Positions 51,582 to 64,000 of a stretch of DNA of 64,000 bases are shown in pieces. Numbering within the stretch: position 1 is the first letter of the stretch; every line of letters starts with the position of its first letter. The position numbers and the translations under genes are program-made. Location: NCBI RefSeq assembly GCF_963921235.1, contig NC_086097.1, positions 108,626,001 to 108,690,000 on the forward strand. The letters run 5' to 3'. The notes beneath the pieces were generated by a model, which had not been told where the DNA came from, made no database searches, and was given only the letters and a program-made list of their open reading frames with translations. Source of the stretch: Mobula hypostoma (Eukaryota).

Positions 51582-52065
51582 TGTCAGTACCTCCAGTTGA
51601 ACTCTTGTCTTTTTGTGTGTTTCCCCCTAGCTGTCAGTCTGTGGTTTTGTATTGCCATGTGCTCCTGTCCCTGCTCCAGCCCCTGTATTACTGAGTACTC
51701 CGTCTCTCAACTGTTTCTCATTATTACCTGTATTGCTGTCACCTTTGTTGCATTGTGCTCCACCTATCATCTGCCTCTATGTTTATTGCTCAGTGTATTT
51801 CAGTCCTGTGTTTTCACCTGTTTGTTGCCAGATTGTGCCAGTGAATTTTCCTGACCCTTTCCAGCATTTGTATCTGTACTCTGCCTGTCTGAATATTGAC
51901 TTTGCCTATTTCCCACTTCTGGTTTTTGGATTTCTCTGAATGTTTTGATCTCTGCCTGTACTTTGACACCGACTTTTTTTGCACCTTGGGATTTGTTACT
52001 CAATTAATATCATTGTGTGCACAGCACTGGGTCTGTGATTGGATCCCTGCTCCAGTATCCTGACA
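51582..52065. mobile_element. Solo LTR (Gypsy-like)
   Basis: TGTCAG...CTGACA termini; 5-bp TSD gtttc at 51577-51581 and 52066-52070. Confidence 0.85.
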
Positions 52066-52348
52066 GTTTCTCTATAATTCATGACTGTAAATACCAGATC
52101 CTACATCTCAAAGCTGTAACCCCTGGTCCGAGTGTCTCTGGCTATTGGGAACATATTTTCTGTATATAGTTGGTCAAGAACTGTTAGAGTTACATGGGTG
52201 TCTATGAGATCTCATCTCATTCTTCTAAAATCTAGTAGGCATAGGGCTAATTGGCCTTATCATTTCCTATACAGCCATTCTGCTGCTCTAGGAATTAGTA
52301 TAGTAAACTCCTTGAACTCCTCCTGTGACAAGAACATACTTCCTCAGA

Positions 52349-54334
52349 AACGCACATAAAATGCTGGAGAAACTCAACAGGGCGGACAACATCAATGGAA
52401 AAGATTAAACAGCCAATGTTTCAGGCTGAGTCCCTTCTTCAGGAATGAGAGGGAAGGGGGAGACAACTGAATTAAACTATGGGGGGAAGGGAAAGAGGCT
52501 GGCTGGAAGCTGATAGGTGAGGCCAGGTGGGTGGGAAAGTTCAAGGGCTGGAGAAGAAAGGATCTGATCGGATGGAAGAGCAGACCATAGAAAGGGAAGG
52601 AGGAGGGGACCCAGGGGGATGTAATAGGCAGACGAGAAGAAGTAAAAGTTTAGAGTGGGGAATAGAGCAAGAGAGGTGAAATTCACCGGAAGGAGAAATT
52701 GATATTCTGGTTGAAAGGTATGCAGACAGAATATAATGTGTTGCTCCTCCACCTTGAGCATGGTCTCATTTTGGCACAAGAGGAGGCCACGGATTGACTG
52801 GGAATGGGAATTGGAATCAGAATTAAAATGTTTGGCCACTGGGAGGTTCAACTTTTGGCACATGGAGTGGAGGTGCACGATGAAGCGGTCCCCCAAATTA
52901 CAATGGGTCTCACAATTGTAGAGGATGCTGCATCGGGAGAACCAGACACAATAGATGACCCCAGCAGATTTACAGGTGAATTGTTTCCTCAACTGAAAAG
53001 ACTGTTTGGGGTCCTGAATAGAGGTGAAGGAGGAGATGTATGGATAGATGGGGCACTAGGTTGCTTGCAGAGATAAGTGCCCGGAGGGGATTAGTGTGGA
53101 GGGACGAATGGACAAGGGAACCCCAGAGGGAGAAATCCCCGCAGAAAGCTGGGGGAGGGGGTAGCTAAAGATATATTCAGTGGTAGGGTCCCTTTGGAGA
53201 TGGCGGAAGTTGCGGAGACTCAAGGGGTGGTAGGTAAGGAAAAGAGGGACTCAATCACTATCATGATGACAGGAAGATAGGGTGAGCTCAGACGTATAGG
53301 AAATGGAGATGGGGGTGAGGGGGGCATCAATAGTAGAGGGAGGGAAACCCTGTTCTTTAAAGGAGGAGGACATCTCTGATGACTTGGACTGGAAAGCTGT
53401 GTGCTGGGAACAAATGTGGCAGAGGCAAAGAAACTGAGAAAAGGGAATAGCATTTTTACAGGAGATAGGGTGGGAAAAGGTATAGTCAAGTTTACTATGG
53501 GAATCAGTAGGTCTACAAAAAATGTTGATTGTAGTTTGTCCCCAGAGATGGAGACAGAGAGATCAAGAAAAGGGAGGGAGGTGTCAGAGATGGTCCAAGT
53601 AAATTTTAGGGCAGGTTAGAGTTAGAGGCAAACTCAACATGGATGCGTGAAGCAGCACCAATACAGTCGTCAATGTACTGGAGGAAGAGTTAGGGAGTAT
53701 ACCTGGGCAAAGTTTCTAATATAGACTTTCTACATAGCCATAAAAAAGGCAGGTACAGGTTGGGCCCATGCAAGTGCCCATGGCTATCCCTTGGGTTTGG
53801 AGAAAGTGGGAGGAGCTGAAGGAAAAATTGTTTTGGGTGAGGACTAGTTCTGCCAAGATGAGACCACCCTCAGGGTGGAGGAGCAACACCTTATATTTTG
53901 TCTACATACTCTCCAACCTGATGGTATGAATATCGATTTCTTCTTCTGGTGAGCAAAATTTCTCCCCCACCCTCCATTCCCCACTCTGACCTTTCACTTC
54001 TTCTCACCTGCATATTACATCCCCTTGGGTTCCGTCCTCTTTCCTTTTCTCCTATTGTCCACTCGCTTGTCCTATCAGATACTTTCTTCTCCAGCCCTTG
54101 ACCTTTCCCGCCCAGCTGGCTTCACCAATCACTTCCCTGCCAGCCTCTTTCCCCTCCCCCACCATTTAATTCAGGCATCTCCCCCCGCTCCCAGTCCTGA
54201 TGGAGGGTCTCGGCCCGAAATGTCAACTGTCTACTCTTTTCCATAGATGCTGTCTGAACTGCTGAGTTCCTCCAGCATTTTGTCTGTTGCTTTGGATTTC
54301 CAGCATCTGCAGATTTTCTCGTCTTTGTGATTTA
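52349..54334. mobile_element. Penelope-like element with inverted pLTRs and 13-bp TSD, inserted in an old CR1
   Basis: GIY-YIG/RT remnants on - to ~53855, then + strand GIY-YIG tail and pLTR; atacttcctcaga at 52336-52348 and 54335-54347. Confidence 0.9.
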
Positions 54335-55889
54335 ATACTTCCTCAGACATGAAGACCAAAACTGCATATAAAATCCAGATGGATCTCATCACACCCTCAC
54401 CCCAGCAATCAATCCCTTTCTTAATCTGTCATCATTCAGATAGTAATCTGTCCTCTTGTTTAGAAGAACAAGCATGTATCCATACTCATATACATCTGTC
54501 ATGTCACTCATCTAAACTATCTAATCACAATTTCTTTGCATCCGCCTCATTCTTAGATTACCCTTAGTTTTATGTCATCTGCAAATTTGGAGATATTACA
54601 TTTAACTTCATCTTCAAAATTACTGACCCATTGTTATGAAGAGCTTCAGTGCTGCAGTACTTCACTGGTTATGCCAGTTACCTGGAAAAATCTCAAGATT
54701 CAAGTTTATTTATCACAAGTACTTCAAAGCACATAGTGAAATGCACGCTTTGTGTTAACAGCCAAAGCACCCGACCATGTGGCTGGGGGCAACTCGCAAG
54801 TGTCGTCACACATTCCCGTAATGCTTGGCAAAACGACAAAGTACACAACAAGTAATAAAACAAGTACCGTCCCTCCCTCCGGCCCATGCAATTACCTAGA
54901 CCTTCAATCCCAGGACAGGCCATCTTCATTCTCCATACTCCAGAGGACTCGGACTCAGATTCTTAGGCATTAGGCCTTTAACTTCCCCAATGGACTCGCA
55001 GAGATTCACAGACTCAGGGTCTGGCTACAGGCCCTAACTTCAGACTTCCCATTCGACTCTCTAGCCTCGAGCCTCGGTATCAACCCCAGGATCCGCCAAT
55101 CACCATACACTAGGACTCCACCTAGACTAGCTTATTCCCACTCATTGTTTCCTACCTGTTAACCAGTTATTAATCCAGGCCTGTACATTATCCCTCAATT
55201 CTATATGCCTTAATCTCTTATGTGGGATTTTGTCTAAAGCATCCTGATGGACAAAATACACATCTTCAGGATCTCCTTTATCTATTGTGCAAATTATATC
55301 CCAGTAGGTTTGTTAAGCTCTTCCCCTGCCATAAACACATGCTGACTTTGTCCAATCTCATTCATGCTTTCTGAGGATTCTGTAACTGTACCTTTATGAT
55401 AGATATTTTTACCCCATCAATCCATTCTCATATCCAGCTTTCACAAACGCTGCCACACTTAACACTGCTCAAAGCTTCCTGACAAGAAATCACACTTTGT
55501 AGACACTCTCAACTACTCAACCATATTTCTACATGACTCAAACTCTGACAAACACCTCCCCAGATGCAGCCAGTTAACTCTGTTCTAGAAGCAAAATCAT
55601 TGGTCATATTGTCAGTAGATAGTGCCTATTTTCCTGAGGCCTCACTTTTGGTTGCCAAGGCAATTCAAATATGTTGTGTACAGTAAACAATCACAGAATG
55701 AAATTCATCCTGAGAGTGGGCAGAACCTTGGACATTACCTGACTGAGGCTGCAACAGTCCGTATTGTAGGCAACACATTCAGTAAGATATTTGGTTAACA
55801 TCTGTTGGCCAAAAATGTTTTTCAGTAAGTTGTGAGAGACTAGAAGACCTTCTTTCCAAGCTCCTATGTTGTTCTGTAATACTGTACAT

Positions 55890-56375
55890 CAGGAGTGGCC
55901 AACCTTTTACATTCCATGTGTCAATTTTTTCACATACAAGTTCAGATGTGCCATACAACTCTTGTACCCCCATTCAATTCTTGTAAAAATGTTAATATAG
56001 ACATATTTAGCATTTTTACATATATTGATTTGATATAAAAACAAGATAAACGTTACTTACCTTAATGAGACTTCTAACAAATATATTTTGTCTTCTTTTG
56101 ATTTCTTCCTTTTTCTTAATCACATATTCTTTCCGTAACTCAGACCCAAGCACTAGCTTCAGTTTTCCTTCCATTTCAGTCTGATGTTGTGTTTTATAGT
56201 GTATATTAAGATCATGTCTTCTATTACGTGGGAAAGTGTTTTCACAAACAATGCACAACGGTTTTCCTGACGGACCCGCTATAAATAAGAACTCATTTTC
56301 CCACTGTTCATTGCGCCATTTCTAATCGTCCAATGCGCCACTTTTGGTGCATGCACCATAGGTTGGCCATCCCTG
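55890..56375 (-). mobile_element. Non-autonomous hAT (Charlie/SPIN-like) element with BED-finger remnant
   Basis: TIRs caggagtggccaacct / aggttggccatccctg; imperfect 8-bp TSD ctgtacat/ccgtatat; EFLFIAGPSGKPLCIVCENTF...HYKTQH. Confidence 0.85.
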
Positions 56376-56650
56376 CCGTATATGATGTCATGAAGGACAT
56401 AATCTTTTACATTTTAATTCTGTTACTTAATCTCAAAAGGGGTTCTGAACAGTGTTTCTGTACAATTTGTGAAGAGTACTTGGTTACATGGCAGACATAA
56501 ACTGCACTGACAAACTAAAATACTTTCTTCGGCATTATTGACTAAAAATTCATACTAACATTACTTCTGTAAACAACCCAAGAAAAGCTGGCTGTATTTC
56601 TCCACTTATTTCCCAGTCGTCCTCTGCAGCTGGATCCCACAAATCCTCAC

Positions 56651-56701
56651 CTTCTTACTCTGCTGCAACATATGGTCCTCCAACACATCCTGCATTTGTA
56701 C
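56651..56701 (-). CDS. RGS22: RGS22-like exon (linker before last RGS domain)
   Basis: Pyrimidine tract ...ttctccag| and AAG|gtgagg donor on -; 51 nt; VQMQDVLEDHMLQQSKK resembles recalled RGS22 VQMKDIAEELLLQKAEKK. Confidence 0.75.
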
Positions 56702-56796
56702 CTGGAGAACAAAGAAATAAAAGGTTAGATTTTAGGATCAGATTCTACAGAGAACCTAAGGATGTGAAGTGCTCTCTAATTAAACCATTGCATATG

Positions 56797-58606
56797 CAGT
56801 GGCATGCAAAAGTTTGGGCACCCCTGGTCAAAATTTCTGTTACTGTGAATAGCTAAGTAGGTAAAATATGAACTGATTTCCAAAAGGCATAAAGTTAACA
56901 ATGACACATTTCTTTAATACTTTAAGCAAGAAAACTTTTTTATTTCCATCTTTTACAGTTTCAAAATAACAAAAAAGGCAAAGGGCCTGAAGCAAAAGTT
57001 TGGGCACCCTGCATGGCAGTACTTAGTAACACCCCCTTTGGCAAGTATCACAGCTTGTAAATGCTTTTTGTAGCCAGCTAAGAGTCTTTCAATTCTTGTT
57101 TGAGGGATTTTCATGCATTCTTCCTTGCCAAAGCCTTCTAGCTCTGTGAGGTTCTTGGGCGGTTTTGTATGCACTGCTCTTTGAGGTCTATCCACAGATT
57201 CAGGGGACTGTGAGGGCCATGGCAAAACCATCAGCTTGCGCCTCTTCAGGTAGTTCATTGTGGATTTTGAAGTGTGTTTAGGATCATTATCCTGTTGCAG
57301 AAGCCATCCTCTTTACATCTTCGGCTTTTTTACAGACGGTGTGATGTTTGCTTCCAGAATTTGCTGGTAATTAATTGAATTCGTTCTTCCCTTTACCAGT
57401 AAATGTTCCCTGTGTCACTGGCTGAAACACAAGCCTAAAGTATGATTGATCCACCCCCGTGCTTAACAGTTGGAGAGGGGTTATTTTCATGAAAGTCTGC
57501 ACCCTTTTTTCTCCAAACATACCTTTGCTCACTGCAGCCAAAAAGTTCTATTTTAACTTCGTCGGTCCACAGGACTTGTTCCTAAAATGCATCAGGCTTG
57601 TTTAGATGTTCACACGAGGAAATCTGCAGATGCTGGAATTTCAAGCAACACCCATAAAAATTGCTGGTGAACGCAGCAGGCCAGGCAGCATCTATAGGAA
57701 GAGGTACAGTCGACGTTATGGGCCGAGACCCTTCATCAGGACTAACTGAAAGAAGAGATCCTGACGAAGGGTCTTGGCCCGAAACGCCGACTGTACCTCT
57801 TCCTATAGATGCTGCCTGCCCTACCTTGTTTAGATGTTCCTTTGAACCTTTTGAATAGAACTTTTTGGTCGCAATGAGCAAAGATGTTTGGAGAAAAAAG
57901 GTGCAGAATTTCATGAAAAGAACCCCTCTCCAAATGTTAAGCACAGGGGTGGATCGATCAGCCAGTGGCACAGGGAACATTTACTGGTAGAGGGAAGAAT
58001 GAATTCAATTAAATACCAGCAAATTCTGGAAGCAAACATCACACTGTCTGTAAAAAAGCCAAAGATGAAAAGAGGATGGCTTCTACAACAGGATAATGAA
58101 CCTAAACATACCACAAAATCCACAATGGACTACCTCAAGAGGCGCAAGCTAAAGGTTTTGCCATGGCCCTCACAGTCCCCCAACCTAAACATCATCGAAA
58201 ATCTGTGGATAGACCTCAAAAGAACAGTGCATGCAAGACAGCCCAAAAGTCTCACAGAACTAGAAGCCTTTGGCAAGGAAGAATGGGTGAAAATCTCCCA
58301 AACAAGAATTGAAAGACTCTTAGCTGGCTACAAAAAGCATTTACAAGCTGTGATACTTGCCAAAGGGGGTGTTACTAAGTACTGACCATGCAGGGTGCCC
58401 AAACTTTTGCTTTGGGCCCTTTTTCTTTTTTGTTATTTTGAAACTGTAAAAGATGGAAATAAAAAAAAGTGTTGTTGCTTAAAATATTAAAGAAATGTGT
58501 CATCTTTAACTTTATTCCTTTTGGAAATCAGTTCATCTTTTACTCGCTTAGCTATTCACAGTAACAGAAACTTTGACCGGGGTGCCCAAACTTTTGCATG
58601 CCACTG
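56797..58606. mobile_element. Fold-back Tc1 (IR/DR type) element made of two inverted transposase 3' halves
   Basis: TIR cagtggcatgcaaaagtttgggcacccc at both ends; QQDNEPKH...WPSQSPNLNIIENLW on + (57888-58385), mirrored on -. Confidence 0.92.
57612..57824. mobile_element. Fold-back mini PLE with 15-bp TSD, nested in the Tc1 spacer
   Basis: Inverted pLTR arms around a ~17-nt spacer; cttgtttagatgttc at 57597-57611 and 57825-57839. Confidence 0.88.
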
Positions 58607-58649
58607 TATCTCACTTGATGATTTTCACACATTTGAATGTCAATTGTTT

Positions 58650-59001
58650 CAAAGTTCAGAAGTTTAAAGTTCAAAGTAAATGTTATTATCGAAGTACATA
58701 TATGTCACCATATACAACCCATATTCATTTTCTTGTGGGATATACTCAGCAAATCTATAGAATTGTAAATATAACAAGATCAATGAAAGATCAACCAGAG
58801 TGCAGAAAACAACAAAATGTGCAAATGCAAATATAAATAAATAGCAATAAATAATGAGAACAATACATAATAAGATGAAGAGCCCTTAGAGTGAGGTCAT
58901 TGGTTGTAGGAGCATTCCAATGATGGGCAAGTGAGTGTAGTTATCCCCTTCTATTCAGAGCCTGATAGTTGAGGGGTGGTAACTGTTCTTGCACCTGGTG
59001 G
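58650..59001 (-). mobile_element. Rex/Babar-type 3' end
   Basis: Similar to 40534-40890; aagttcaaagtaaatgttattatc tail. Confidence 0.65.
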
Positions 59002-59250
59002 ATAGTAATGACCAATTGCTGAATTGGTAACTCTTTTACAGTATTCACTAAATTGCATTTTTCTACATTTTATGGCGAGTAATAATTAAAATAGATTTAC
59101 TGTGTAGTTCCGAGTTGCTTGTTTTATTTCAAGATGCAGCACAGTAACAATGAGCCCACACCACCCAATTACATCCATGTGACCAATTAACCTAATATCC
59201 TGCACGTCTTTAGAATGTGGGAGGAAACCAACAGGGTCATAGACCCTGGG

Positions 59251-61088
59251 CTGCCACTTCTCAGCCCAGTTTTGCATCCTATCAATGTCCCACTGTAACT
59301 TCTGTCAGCCCTCCACACCATCCATTACACCACCAACCTTTGTGTTGTCAGCAAATTTACTAACCCATCCCTCCACTTCCTCATCCAGGTCATTTATAAA
59401 AATCACAACGAGTAAGGGTACCAGAACAGATCCCTGAGGCACACCACTGGTGACCGGAATCGATGAAGAATATAACCCGTCTACAACCACTCTTTGCCTT
59501 CTGTGGGCAAGCCAGTTCTGGATCCACAAAGCAATATCCCCTTGGATCCCATGCCTCCTTACTTTCTCAATAAGCCTTGCATGGGGTACCTTATCAAATG
59601 CCTTGCTAAAATCCATATACACTACATCTACTGCTCTACCTTCATCAATGTGTTTAGTCACATCCTCAAAAAATTCAATCAGGTTCATAAGGCACGACCT
59701 GCCTTTGACAAAGCCATGCTGACTATTCCTAATCATATTATGCCTCTCCAAATGTTCATAAATCCTGCCTCTCAAGATCTTCTCCATCAATTTGCTAACT
59801 CACTGGTCTATAATTTCCTGGGCTATCCCTACTCCCTTTCTTGAATAAGGGAAAAACATCTGCAGCCCTCCAATCCTCTGGAACCTCTCCCATCCTCATT
59901 GATGATGCAAAGATCATCACCAGAGGCTCAGCAATCTCCTCCCCCACTTCCCACAGTAGCCTGGGGTACAACCCATCCAGTCCCGGTGACTTTTCCAACT
60001 TGCTTTCCAAAAGCTCCAGTGCATCCTCTTTCTTAATATCTACATGCTCAAGCTTTTCAGTCCCCTGTAAGTCATCCCTACAATCGCCAAGATCCTTTTC
60101 TGTAGTATATACTGAAGCAAAGTATTTCGAGAGGCTTTGAACGTTTTTTACTGTGCCCATGGTCTGTTCTTCATCAAGTTATGGTATTGTTGCACTGTTG
60201 TAACTATATGTTATAATTATGTGGTTTTTGTTAGTTTTTCAGTCTTGGTCTGTCCTGTGTTTCTGTGATATCACACCGGAGGAATGTTGTATCATTTCTT
60301 AATGCATACATTACTAAATGACAATAAAAGAGGACTGCGTGTCCTCATAATCTTAAAAAAAAAGTAACTTTGCTATTTCCTCCGGTTCCATACACACTTT
60401 TCCACTGTCACACTTGATTGGTCCTATTCTCTTACATCTTATTCTCTTGCTCTTCACATACTTGCAGAATGCCTTGGGGTTTTCCTTAACCCTGTCTGCC
60501 AGATCCTTCTGGCTTTCCTAATTTCATTCTTAAACTCCTTCCTGCTAGCCTTATAACCTTTTAGATCTCTATCATTACCTATTTTTTTGAAATTTTTCTA
60601 AGCTCTTTTTTTTGACGAGATTTACAACAGCCTTTGTACACCCTGGTTCTTGTATTATACCATCCTTTCGCTGTCTCACTGGGACATAGCTATGCAGAAC
60701 CCCACGCAAATATACCCTGAACATTTGCCACATTTCTTCCATAAGTTTCTCTGAGAACATCTGTTTACAATTTATGCTTCTAAGTTCCTGCCCGATACCC
60801 TCATATTTCCCCTTACTCCAATTAAACGTTTCCCTAACCTGTCTGTTCCTATCCCTCTCCAATGCAATGGTAAAGGAGGTAGAGTTGTGATCACTGTCTC
60901 CAAAATGCTGTCCCACTGAGAGATCTGTCACCTGACCAGGTTCATTTCCCAATACCAGATCAAGTACAGCGTCTCCTCTTGTAGGCTTATCTACATATTG
61001 TGTCAAGAAACCTTCCTGAACATACCTAACAAACTCCACCCCATCTAAACCCCTCACTCTGGGGAGATGCCAATCAATATTTGGGAAA
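59251..61088 (-). mobile_element. CR1 internal fragment lying within a SINE, itself interrupted at ~60128-60362 by an A-tailed + strand insertion
   Basis: ORFs 59305-59790, 59795-60160, 60575-61057; SINE halves at ~59105-59250 and ~61093-61190. Confidence 0.88.
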
Positions 61089-61439
61089 TATTGTTACAGG
61101 GAGGACATATAAACTTCTTACAGACAGCAGTGGGAATTGAACCCGGGTCACTGGGGCTATAATGGGTGTTTTGCTAACTACTGTGCTACCTCAGAAACCA
61201 TCTATGGTAAAGAGTTAATTTCCAGACTCTCTGCTTTGAAAACCAGATACATTATATAGCTGAGGAGAGGAGTGTTTTCAGAGCTTAGGCTTTCAGAATT
61301 CTCTCAGCAGCTTTACTTTACAGCAAGAAGTGATAAATATTTTAACTTCCCTAATGTTAACTGGATCACCAACAGAGCACAGGTTTTGTACAGTATGGAA
61401 CTCTTTAATATTTAATATGTACAAGAAAGTTTCCTTAAT

Positions 61440-63350
61440 CGAAATATAGAGGGCCCTAGTAGAGAGGGTGTAACACTGAATCTCCTCTTAGAAACTGAGG
61501 TACAGCAAGTGACTTGTGTATCAGTGAGAGGGCACTTCAGGGCCAATGACCATAATTCCATTAGTTTATTTTGGAGAAAGGTAGAATTGGTCCACAAATA
61601 AGGGTTGTAAGTAGGTGCAAGGTCAATCTCTTAGGCACTATGCAGGAACTTAAAGATGTCATTTTGGTGACAGTATTTGAGGGTAAAGGGATGACTGCAA
61701 GTGGGAGGCTCTAAAATGGTGATATCAGTTCAACAGCAGGTTCTTGTCGGGGTGAAAGGAAAGCTTGCGTGTTTTGGAAGTCCTGATGGATGAGATGGTC
61801 AGGAAAAAAGTGTATAGTACGTGAGGTTTAGACAATTAGGATCAAGTGAATGAATACAAGAAGTGTAGGAAAACACTTAAGCAGGAAATCAGGATGGCAG
61901 AAACATAACAGGATCTGGCATTCAAGTTTAAGGAAAATTTCAAGAGATTTATTAAGAATATAAAGGGGACTAGGGAGAGCATAGGTCCCCCTTAAAGATC
62001 AGCATGACCCATCTATGTATGGAACCACTGTAGACCGAGTGACATTTTTAAAGAACATTTTTATCAGTTTTTTTTTACTGTGGAGAAGACCATGGAAGTT
62101 AAGACATTGAAGCAAATTAGTTGCAATGTCTTGAACCATTTCTAAATTAACAAAAAGCAGGTAGTGGCGATCCTAAAGCACATGAAGGTTGATAAATTCC
62201 CTCTGCCTGACCAAGTGCATCCTTGGATTGTGTGGGAAGCTGAGGACAAAATTGTTGAGGTCCTTACAGAGATAGTTGTATCTTCTTTAACCATGGGTGA
62301 AGTTCCTGAAGACTAGAGACTGGCTAATATTATGCTGTTATTTAAAGATGGCAACAAAGACAAGCCAGAGAACTACAGGCCAGTGAGCCTGATATCAATG
62401 GTGGGCAAGTTACTGGAGGAGATACTGAGGGACAGCGGCTATCAGTACTTAGATGGACAAGGAGTGATTAGGATAGTCAGCACTGCTTAGTGCGTGGGAA
62501 ATCATGTCCCACAAATCTAATAGAGTTCTTTGAAGACATAATAACAATAACAAGGGAGTGGTTGGACAAGCTATGTCTTTAGTAAGGCTTTTGGTAAGAT
62601 CCCACATGGAGGGCTAGCCTGGAAGGTTAGGTCACATGGCATCCAGGAAGAGCAGCAATAGTGAAGTGGATACAATATTGGTTTGATGGTACAAAGCAGA
62701 GGGTGTTGGGAATAGGGTGTTTCTTGGAGTGGGCATCTGTGACTATTGGGTACAACAGGGTTCAGATCTAGACCCTGAAATGTTGTTCGTCATTTATATA
62801 AATGATTTTGTTGAGCCTGTAAGAAAATGAATCTCAAGGTTGTATAATGTATGTATACTTAAATAATAAATGTCCTTTGAATTTTGAGCAAGGCACAGTT
62901 GGTAAGTTTGTAGATAACACAAACAGGTGCTGTTGTAGGAGTGGTTATCAAAATAGAAAGGGATCTTAACCCGCTGGGTAAGTGGGCTGAGGAATGGCAA
63001 CCAGATAAGTATGAGGTGCTTCATTTTGTGAAGTTCTTCGTAGTGAACAGTAGGATCCTGAAAAGTGCTGTACAACAGAGGGATGAAGGAATACAAGAAC
63101 ATTCTTCCATGGAAGGGGCATCACAGGGAAACAGGGTGGTGAAAGCGTTTCACATTGAGTATAAGAGTTGGGATATTAAGTCGTGGAAGCGCAAGATATT
63201 GATGAAGCCGCACCTGAAATATTATGTGTAGATTTTCCTTCTGTGTTACAGAAAAGACATTATCAAGCTGGAAAAGATGCAATGAAGATTTACAACATTG
63301 TTGCTTGGACCCAAGAGCAAGGGAGTGGCAGGGTAAGCTGTGACTTCATT
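61440..63350 (+). mobile_element. Ancient, highly decayed CR1
   Basis: Residual aactacaggccagtgagcctg (NYRPVSL), gggaaatcatgt and KPHLKY-like segments. Confidence 0.75.
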
Positions 63351-63352
63351 CC

Positions 63353-63938
63353 ATAAGACATAGGAGCAGAATTAGGCTATCTGGCCCATTGAGTCTGCTC
63401 CACCTTTTTATCACGGCTGATCCATTTCCTTCTCAACCCCGTTCTTCTACCTTCTCCCTGTTACCCTTCATGCCCGGACTAATCAAGAACCTATTAACCT
63501 CCACCTTAAGTATATTCAATGACTTGGCCTCCACAGCTGCCTGTGGCAATGAATTCCACAGAGTCACCACCCTCTGGCTAAAGAAATTCCTCCTCACCTC
63601 TGTTCTAAATGGACATCCCTCTTTTCTGAGGCTGTGCCCTCTGGTCCTACACTCCCCCACCAGATGAAACATTCTCTCCATATCTACTCTAACTAGGCCT
63701 TTCAAGATTTGATAGGTTTCCATAAGATCCTCCATCATTCTTCTAAATTCTAGTGAGTAATGGCCCAGAACCATCAATTGGTCCTCTTACGATAAGTGAT
63801 TCATTCCCAGAATCATTCTTTTAAAATTCCTCTGGACCCATTCCAAAGTCAGCACAACCTTTCTTAAATAAGAGGTCCAAAACTGCTCATAATACTCCAA
63901 GTGTGGCCTTACCAGGGCCTTATAAAACCTCATTATTA
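63353..63938 (-). mobile_element. CR1 3' fragment
   Basis: [21 protein letters not shown]; tail ataagacataggagcag. Confidence 0.88.
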
Positions 63939-64000
63939 CATAGAGTCCTAGGGAAGTACAACACAGAAACAGGTCCTTGGCCCATCTAGTCCACATTGAA

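Noticed and set aside
56016..56258. Domesticated GTF2IRD2/EPM2AIP1-like gene
   Set aside because: Short BED-finger remnant enclosed by hAT TIRs and TSD, with no catalytic domain

Overview
Eukaryotic, repeat-dense vertebrate DNA. The tRNA-derived SINEs with CR1-like tails and the abundant CR1, Penelope and Rex/Babar elements suggest a cartilaginous fish (inference). Two host genes lie tail-to-tail. (1) The last four coding exons of an OXR1-like TLDc-domain gene are on + (106-258, 995-1090, 4964-5037, 7629-7764), followed by an apparently TE-free ~1.8 kb 3'UTR. (2) Four late exons of an RGS22-like gene are on - (56651-56701, 50241-50402, 45975-46154, 37052-37196); the last carries an in-frame TGA and signs of C-terminal decay. 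Nearly all long ORFs in the track are transposon-derived: at least four CR1 LINE families, Rex/Babar and L1 fragments, Penelope-like elements (PLEs), Gypsy remnants/solo LTRs, pogo/Tigger, Tc1 and hAT elements. The most notable structures are tiny fold-back PLE-derived insertions carrying minimal hammerhead-ribozyme motifs (one is a 96-bp-arm hairpin 30 nt from an OXR1 splice donor), recurrent 13-15 bp target-site duplications around PLEs, a 1.8 kb fold-back Tc1 built from two transposase 3' halves, and unusually long (69 and 105 bp) duplications flanking insertions. All similarity statements are from memory of family sequences, not from database searches.
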